A stretch of DNA of 64,000 nt, from contig NZ_FNHB01000001.1 of NCBI RefSeq assembly GCF_900104455.1, positions 1,257,793 to 1,321,792 on the forward strand, given 5' to 3'. Origin of the DNA: Dendrosporobacter quercicolus (GTDB taxonomy: Bacteria; Bacillota; Negativicutes; DSM-1736; Dendrosporobacteraceae). The notes beneath the pieces were generated by a model. That model searched no databases. It saw only the letters and a program-made list of their open reading frames with translations, and was not told the origin of the DNA. Made by a program: the position numbers and the translations under genes. Below, piece after piece: positions 58,220 through 64,000 of the stretch. Every line of letters starts with the position of its first letter. Within the stretch, counting starts at the first letter, position 1.

Positions 58220-59323
58220 TTAATATTCCGCCTGTCTTGGCAGCGGGCGATAAAAGGTATCCCGCTCTACCGGAGTATAGCCTGTTTCTTCGACCAGGCT
58301 GATGATGTTGGCTTTAGTAATCCCTTTGCCGGTTTTTGCACCGGCAGCATGAATGATTTTTTCCTCAACCACAGTACCGTCCAGATCATCCACGCCAAAA
58401 GCCAAAGACAACTGGGCAACCGGTAATGTCAGCATCATCCAGAAAGCCTTGATATGATCAAAATTATCTAAAATCAGCCGGGCCAGGGCAATCATTTTTA
58501 AATCTTCCCACACGGTCACTCTGTTTAAGCCGGCAAGGCCGGTATTGGCCGGATGAAACGGGAAGGCCACGAAAGCCTGAAAGCCGCCGGTCTCGTCCTG
58601 AATGTCCCGCAAAGTCAATAAATGCCTGAGCCGCTGCTCAATTGTCTCAACATGACCGTACAGCATAGTTGCATTTGTCGGAATTCCCAAACGGTGCGCA
58701 GTGGTAATCACCTCAATCCACTGCCTGGTTGTGGCTTTATCCGGGCAAATGACCCTGCGTACTTCATCGTCTAAAATTTCAGCGCCGCCGCCTGGCAGGG
58801 AATCCAGCCCTGCATCCTTAAGCTCCGCTAATACCCGCTCAACACTCAGACCGGAAATGTTGGCAAAATGGACGATCTCCACCGGGGTAAACGCTTTGAC
58901 ATGCACCTTCGGCAGACAGGCTTTAACGGTTTTTACAATACTAAGATAATAGTCAAACGGCTTATCGGGATGTAAAGCGCTGACCATATGAATCTCCGTC
59001 AAATCGGGCGTAGTCTGAGCAATTTCCTGAACAATCCCGGCCACGTCGGCCTGTTCCAGAACATACGCCTGCTGCTGATCAGGCTGACAGCCAAAAGCAC
59101 ACAGGGGACAGCCGGAAACGCAAATATTCGTCAAATTGATGTGACGGTTGACATTAAAGTAAATATCCTGTCCGGATTTTCGCTCTTTTGCCGCTCTGGC
59201 CCACTGAGCCAATTGCAATAAATTATTGTCGTAATATAAGGCTAAGGCCTCAGCCAGGTCGATTCGTTCTCCGGCTTGCGCCTTCTTTGCCGCTGCAGCT
59301 AAAATTGACATCATTTTCGTCAC
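58220..59323 (-). CDS. radical SAM enzyme of the MqnE/MqnC family
   Basis: CVSGCPLCAF cluster motif; 367 aa; paralogous to 56333..57382. Confidence 0.7.
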   Translation of the reverse strand: MTKMMSILAAAAKKAQAGERIDLAEALALYYDNNLLQLAQWARAAKERKSGQDIYFNVNRHINLTNICVSGCPLCAFGCQPDQQQAYVLEQADVAGIVQEIAQTTPDLTEIHMVSALHPDKPFDYYLSIVKTVKACLPKVHVKAFTPVEIVHFANISGLSVERVLAELKDAGLDSLPGGGAEILDDEVRRVICPDKATTRQWIEVITTAHRLGIPTNATMLYGHVETIEQRLRHLLTLRDIQDETGGFQAFVAFPFHPANTGLAGLNRVTVWEDLKMIALARLILDNFDHIKAFWMMLTLPVAQLSLAFGVDDLDGTVVEEKIIHAAGAKTGKGITKANIISLVEETGYTPVERDTFYRPLPRQAEY

Positions 59324-59472
59324 CTCAAGTTGACAACAGAATCCTGACAGATTTCAAGATATTTTGTCACAAATTAAACTTTACTTATTTCGGTATGAGT
59401 ATTTTCTTTTCCTGCCGCAATGAAATAGAGATTACCTCATCATCACGAAGTAATCTCATCGTAAACCAAAGC

Positions 59473-60234
59473 TTAGTGCCGCTGGATGCCTTTGTCGGCA
59501 TATTTGGTTAAAAGTTCCCCGACAGTAACAATTTGATACCCTTCCGACTTGATCTTTTCAATTAAAATCGGCAGAGCTTCAGCGGTTTGCACCGGCGTGT
59601 CTGATGCATGCAGCAGAATAATTGCGCCCGGCTTAAGCCGCTTGGCCACCCGCTCCACAATAACGTCACGGCCAGGATTTTTCCAGTCAAGCGAATCCAC
59701 ATTCCAGATAATTGTTTTATAACCCAGTTCATCGGTGGTCTTTAAGGATTGCTGGCTGTAGTGGCCGTTGGGCGGACGCAGCAGCTTAGGTTCGACCCCG
59801 GTCACCTCTTTAATCTGCGCATGCGCCTTTTCGATATCGCTCTTCACCCACTCGGCCGTCTTGTCGCCGTAGTTTTCATGCCGGTAGCCGTGGCTGGCAA
59901 TTTCATGCCCGTCCTTGGCCATCCGCTGCGCCACCTCAGGATACTTCTGCGCCCACGGCCCCATAATAAAAAAGGTCACTTTCAGATTATTTGTCTGCAA
60001 TGTATCAAGAATTGACGGCGTAAACTTATTGCCCCAGGAATGATCAAAAGTCAATGCTACCACTTTCTGGTCGGTCCTAACCCCGGCAATCGCAATCGGT
60101 CCGTCGGCAATTACGTCCGCCACCTGAATATATGTTGCACTGATTGCCAACAAACCGATAACACTGTAAAACAAATTACGGTGCTGCAACAGACTGCGTA
60201 AATTGATAATCACAGCTTCATCCCCCTCCCGCAA
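59473..60234 (-). CDS. polysaccharide deacetylase (NodB homology; PdaB/PgdA-like)
   Basis: LTFDHSW, FFIMGPW, HGYRH and LLH motifs; N-terminal signal anchor. Confidence 0.8.
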   Translation of the reverse strand: MREGDEAVIINLRSLLQHRNLFYSVIGLLAISATYIQVADVIADGPIAIAGVRTDQKVVALTFDHSWGNKFTPSILDTLQTNNLKVTFFIMGPWAQKYPEVAQRMAKDGHEIASHGYRHENYGDKTAEWVKSDIEKAHAQIKEVTGVEPKLLRPPNGHYSQQSLKTTDELGYKTIIWNVDSLDWKNPGRDVIVERVAKRLKPGAIILLHASDTPVQTAEALPILIEKIKSEGYQIVTVGELLTKYADKGIQRH

Positions 60235-60268
60235 AACTACATTAGTATCTATGCGGGAAGTAAGAAAA

Positions 60269-60982
60269 TTATGAGATGCGAATGTAAGGATATTTTTTTA
60301 TTGCATAAATAATCAACTTGTCAGAAACAGTATAAGCCAGCCGAAGCGTAATAATGGTCGTTGCCGCGGTAATCCACCACAGCCACTGGGTTTTCCGCAC
60401 TTCCAAGGGAATAAGCAGTGCAGCGGTCAATACCACCAGGGCACAGGACAGCGTGAGCGGAATGCCTGTCTGAATCAGGCCAAAGCCCCAACGCGAATGC
60501 ATCATTGTCGTCCAACTGTCGCGCTTGCTTTCAAACAATTCCAGGACATCAAAATAACGGTCTTCAGCCCATTGCTGATCATCACTGTTCACAACCAGTT
60601 TGCCGCTCGGCGGGGCAAAATTACGAAAAGCCAGCGCGATCACCCCGTGATCAGGAATTTCGGCTGTAATGGTCAGGCTGTCAATACGCGGCAGAGTCTG
60701 CAGCAAACGGATCAATTCCTCCCAGTCTGTAATCGCCTGCTTGGGACGCTCTTCCTGCTTGCCCAGCAGATCACCGCCCACACCAACTTCGGCGTGCCAT
60801 AAGAATTCGCCGTCACGATGAAAAACCTCCCATAACCGGGTCAACAGCTCCCGGTCTAATTTACAAGCCGGCAGCCGCCCCTTCATTTTTGGTTCAACCT
60901 TGCCTGGCTGCTCTTTGTTCATCCCCAACACATTTAAGCCCCCTAGCTGCTCAATATTCCCCGAACCCTCAGTTGTCCACAA
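60269..60982 (-). CDS. hypothetical protein with C-terminal TM segments
   Basis: ORF only; start codon uncertain. Confidence 0.35.
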   Translation of the reverse strand: MWTTEGSGNIEQLGGLNVLGMNKEQPGKVEPKMKGRLPACKLDRELLTRLWEVFHRDGEFLWHAEVGVGGDLLGKQEERPKQAITDWEELIRLLQTLPRIDSLTITAEIPDHGVIALAFRNFAPPSGKLVVNSDDQQWAEDRYFDVLELFESKRDSWTTMMHSRWGFGLIQTGIPLTLSCALVVLTAALLIPLEVRKTQWLWWITAATTIITLRLAYTVSDKLIIYAIKKYPYIRIS

Positions 60983-61169
60983 GTCAATGCATCCCGGGGC
61001 AGCCGTTTCTCCGCGTAATTCCCCCGGAAAAAGGTATCGGATTGAACCTTGCTCAACCCCTGACTAACTTATGTCAATTCTATAGTTCGCCGCAGACTAC
61101 CAAACCCCCTGCCAGTATCCTGAATTGGTATAAGCATCCCGTCTGCCTGAATTCCAAGTGTATTCACCG

Positions 61170-62720
61170 TCAGCTGCGCGGCAATGTTACAATCACCGCT
61201 GTTCCCCGGCCAATTTCAGACCGGATTTCCACAGATCCTTTGTGGCGGTCAACAATACTTTGACAAACGGCAAGACCTAAACCGGTGCCGTTATCTTTCG
61301 TTGTGAAAAAGGGATCAAAAATTTTATTCAGATGCTGGCTGTCAATGCCGCAGCCGCTGTCGGAGGTTATTAATTCTACCTTGTCGTCATGCACATGTGT
61401 TTCAATGCCCAGCCTCCGGCAGTCTGCTTTCATCGCTTCAATGGCATTGCGCACCAGATTTAAAATCAATTGTTTAATCTCTTTTTCATTCAGCAGCAGC
61501 TCCGGCATGTCATCAGCCAGAACAAGCTTAACTTCAATGTCATTTTTGGTGGCATCCGCCATAATGAGCGGGTAAATACTGTTGATAATTTCATTTAAAT
61601 TGCTGCTTTCCTTTTCCACCAATTTATCTTTGGCTAACGATAAAAAGTCGGTAACAATGGCATTGATACGGTTCAGTTCCTCCATGATGATATCATATTT
61701 TTCCTGCAAGCCATCCTCCGCCCGCCCTGACAGCATTTGCAAATATCCCATCACCACAGTCATCGGATTTCTAATTTCATGAGCCACGCCGGCCGCCATT
61801 TCGCCAATAAGATTAAGACGGTCCAGACGCGCCAGTTCTTTACGCAGCTTCTCCACTTCAGTTATATCCTGATAAAAGGCCACCGCTCCCAAAATAACGC
61901 CGGTATCCTTCTCTCTGGTTGGAAAGGCGCTGATCAGATAATGCCGGTCATTATACTCAAACAGGCCGGACTTAATTTCTTCGCCGTTTAACGCTCTGGC
62001 GATCAAAGCCCCGCCGCAGGTATCGTTGTGCAGTTTCAGCGATGTCCGGTACAATTTCGGACCCTTAAAGCTATCGCTGATATGGGGCAGCAGTTCAATT
62101 GCCGCCTGATTGATAGCCGTAATAAACCCATCGCCGTCCACCGTCAGAATGGCCATCGGCGCGGCATCAGTTAACTGCTGGAGACGCTGATTCTCATGTA
62201 AATACTGCAAAGTAAGCTGTTGCTGAACAGTCTCGGATTCTTTATGCTGGGTCACGTCGCGAATGACGCAAAAAACCGCATCCACATTCAGGGTTTTACC
62301 CAATACCGGATTTAAATAATACTCCATATACCTGATGCCATAAGGAAACTGAACCTTAGCGACATTTGTCACTGAAGTCCCCAGTAAAAAAGCCGTCTTT
62401 AAATGAGCCTCAAATGGTACCATGACTTCACGAGGCAAGCCCAGCTCCCGCCAGTTTTTTCCGATCACATCCAATTGCTTCAATCCCAGCAATTGCGCTC
62501 CGGCTATGCTGGCATAGGTGAAGGTGGCATTCCGGTCAATGATGAACGAGCATTCATTGCTCATGGAAACGATTGCGCCAAATACGCGGGACTGTCTTTT
62601 GATGGCCTTGGTTAAAGCCGATAACTCTGTTTCAATAATCTTACGGTCAGACAGTAAAGTTTCAAGCTGCTTATCTACATTTTTTAGTTTTTCAATATAA
62701 TCCTGAATCAATTCAAGCAT
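61170..62720 (-). CDS. cytoplasmic PAS-domain sensor histidine kinase (KinA-like)
   Basis: PAS region, H-box HEIRNPMTVVMGY, N-box LVRNAIEAM, G-boxes DSGCGI and GTGLGLAVCQ. Confidence 0.85.
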   Translation of the reverse strand: MLELIQDYIEKLKNVDKQLETLLSDRKIIETELSALTKAIKRQSRVFGAIVSMSNECSFIIDRNATFTYASIAGAQLLGLKQLDVIGKNWRELGLPREVMVPFEAHLKTAFLLGTSVTNVAKVQFPYGIRYMEYYLNPVLGKTLNVDAVFCVIRDVTQHKESETVQQQLTLQYLHENQRLQQLTDAAPMAILTVDGDGFITAINQAAIELLPHISDSFKGPKLYRTSLKLHNDTCGGALIARALNGEEIKSGLFEYNDRHYLISAFPTREKDTGVILGAVAFYQDITEVEKLRKELARLDRLNLIGEMAAGVAHEIRNPMTVVMGYLQMLSGRAEDGLQEKYDIIMEELNRINAIVTDFLSLAKDKLVEKESSNLNEIINSIYPLIMADATKNDIEVKLVLADDMPELLLNEKEIKQLILNLVRNAIEAMKADCRRLGIETHVHDDKVELITSDSGCGIDSQHLNKIFDPFFTTKDNGTGLGLAVCQSIVDRHKGSVEIRSEIGRGTAVIVTLPRS

Positions 62721-63455
62721 TACTTAACCCCTCTCGGATCCACCAACCAATGAAAGAACACGGTTGTGAGCCACCGTGTTTGGATATTTGTCTATGATTA
62801 TTCAATAACTTATTCTTGTACTTTTTGGCAAAATCCTGCCCCGCCGGCTTAGAGAGCCAGGCTTAAAAACAAAAAAAGGCAAAAAAAATCCTCTTTGCAG
62901 AGGTTCCCGAAGGGTAAGAAAAACAAATAAAAGGAGTGTTTGTTTGCAAGAAAACCCAGTGGACATTAAACGTCCCGCCAGAACATTTAATGTCCTTATA
63001 CAGTATATTCGTTGTCTGTGAGCAAATTCCTGCTGAATATTCAGTTAATTTAGAAAAAATCAAAAAATTTATTTAAATATAAAAAGCAGTTGATTTTAGG
63101 CAAAAAAAAGAGCCCCAAGAGGGGGGCATAAGAAACAAATAATGATCCACAACTAGTAAAAGAGAGTTACTATGTTTAAATTTTAACATAATCTCATCGG
63201 AAATAGCCAATTTTGTTATTTGTTTTAATCATAACTTAACTTACAAAATATTTTCAACTTAATTAAGCCTGCCTAATTTCTTGCACTGCAATTTTTTTCT
63301 TCAAAACACTATCCACCCTTCTTCCTGAATGGCTGGCGTCAATTGTACGAAAAAGCCGGAACCGGGCTATCAGCTGACCTGCAATAAGCATTAACCAAAT
63401 TAGTCTAATAACATAAGATAATATGTAAACAATATGAAAAGAAAGGACTTTCGGA

Positions 63456-64000
63456 ATGAGTATATCATTACAACTAGAACGTTTAACATCCGGTATGATC
63501 GCACAAAACGCCAATGTGGTCTTTGATTCAACAACTATTTCAAACGGCACGATCAGCTATGACAGCACGACCGGGATTATCACCCTGCAGGCTGCGGGCC
63601 GATATCAATTTACCTGGTGGGTTGCTACGCAGTCCACCCTTTCCTTCATTGGAACAGGCTTTGCGCTGATTTCATCCCAGGGCGATTCCATCATCGCCAA
63701 TTCACCCATTAAAACAGGAGAAGTAGTCGGAATTGGCATCATTGAGATCACTGCAGCACCGGTTACTGTAGAATTAAGAAACAACAGCGATGCAGCGATT
63801 TCATATTCATCCATTGTGCCGGTCAAAGCCTCCTTGCTGGTGATTGGGCAAGACGATATAGATATAGCCGGCCCGACTGGCCCTACCGGAGCGCAAGGTA
63901 ACACCGGCCCGACCGGCCTACAGGGCGACACCGGGGCCACTGGCGCCCAGGGCGATGTCGGGCCTACTGGGCCTCAGGGCGACACCGGCTCCACTGGCGC
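63456..64000 (+). CDS. collagen-like triple-helix repeat protein (BclA-like), 5' part; runs off the window end
   Basis: ATG 63456 after AAAGGA; about 140-aa N-terminal domain then uninterrupted GxT/GxQ repeats ([40 protein letters not shown]...). Minus ORFs 63263..63550 and 63605..63940 are shadows of it. Confidence 0.7.
   Translation, partial: MSISLQLERLTSGMIAQNANVVFDSTTISNGTISYDSTTGIITLQAAGRYQFTWWVATQSTLSFIGTGFALISSQGDSIIANSPIKTGEVVGIGIIEITAAPVTVELRNNSDAAISYSSIVPVKASLLVIGQDDIDIAGPTGPTGAQGNTGPTGLQGDTGATGAQGDVGPTGPQGDTGSTG

Noticed and set aside
62868-62905. Hairpin CCTCTTTGCAGAGG flanked by A/T runs as a terminator
   Set aside because: It would terminate minus-strand transcripts, yet no minus-strand gene lies upstream of it (63263..63550 is a shadow ORF of the collagen-like gene). 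It may be bidirectional or incidental, so it is not listed.
17-63940. Numerous 60-120-aa ORFs from the six-frame track nested inside or antisense to large genes (for example 16837..17445, 18659..18919, 27177..28916, 48013..48552, 56682..57355)
   Set aside because: These are shadow ORFs within well-supported CDSs (tail fibre, J-like, ABC ATPase, radical SAM). They have no independent start signals and skewed composition.
1-64000. CRISPR arrays, rRNA, transposases/IS elements
   Set aside because: No periodic short direct repeats with spacers, no rRNA-like conserved stretches and no DDE/serine/tyrosine recombinase-like ORFs were seen in any frame.

Overview
This 64 kb window looks like a chromosomal segment from a Firmicutes-type genome; I cannot assign the taxon. 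The signs are GGAGG-type ribosome-binding sites and sporulation-style genes: a PAS histidine kinase, a NodB deacetylase, an Amidase_3 lysin and a BclA-like collagen-repeat protein. It is a mosaic of accessory islands. (1) Positions 1-3800 hold a HlyD plus twin-ATPase plus ABC-2 exporter operon. (2) Positions 4040-11966 hold a minus-strand aromatic type II polyketide synthase operon: ACP, KS-alpha, KS-beta (chain-length factor), cyclase-family protein, C9-type ketoreductase, di-domain SRPBCC aromatase/cyclase and an alpha/beta hydrolase. A divergent AgrC-like histidine kinase and LytTR response regulator sit next to it. (3) Positions 14680-37630 hold a lambda-like non-contractile tail module (H-M-L-K-J homologues, major tail protein, two alternative tail-fibre cassettes, holin and amidase, and an Xpf-like late sigma factor) with no capsid, terminase, portal or integrase, so I read it as an F-type tailocin or monocin-like locus. 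About 478-bp near-identical direct repeats bracket it; these duplicate the 3' end of the LytTR regulator gene plus its terminator. (4) Positions 38128-47303 hold an RtcB-centred island: a frameshifted RtcB RNA ligase, two tandem WYL-domain proteins (PafBC-like pair), tRNA-like non-coding elements, an SPFH/band-7 protein, two paralogous Pol-beta-fold nucleotidyltransferases, an HTH regulator and a CCA-adding enzyme with an HD domain. This is a candidate RNA repair or RNA-based conflict system and the most novel-looking part of the window. (5) The rest is housekeeping or accessory: an ABC-2 three-gene transporter, a BceAB/MacB-like ATPase plus FtsX permease, guaA, the futalosine-route menaquinone genes (mqnA plus two radical-SAM MqnC/E paralogues plus an MTAP-family enzyme), a PAS sensor kinase, and a collagen-like protein running off the window end. 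No CRISPR array, no canonical tRNA or rRNA and no transposase or integrase was seen.
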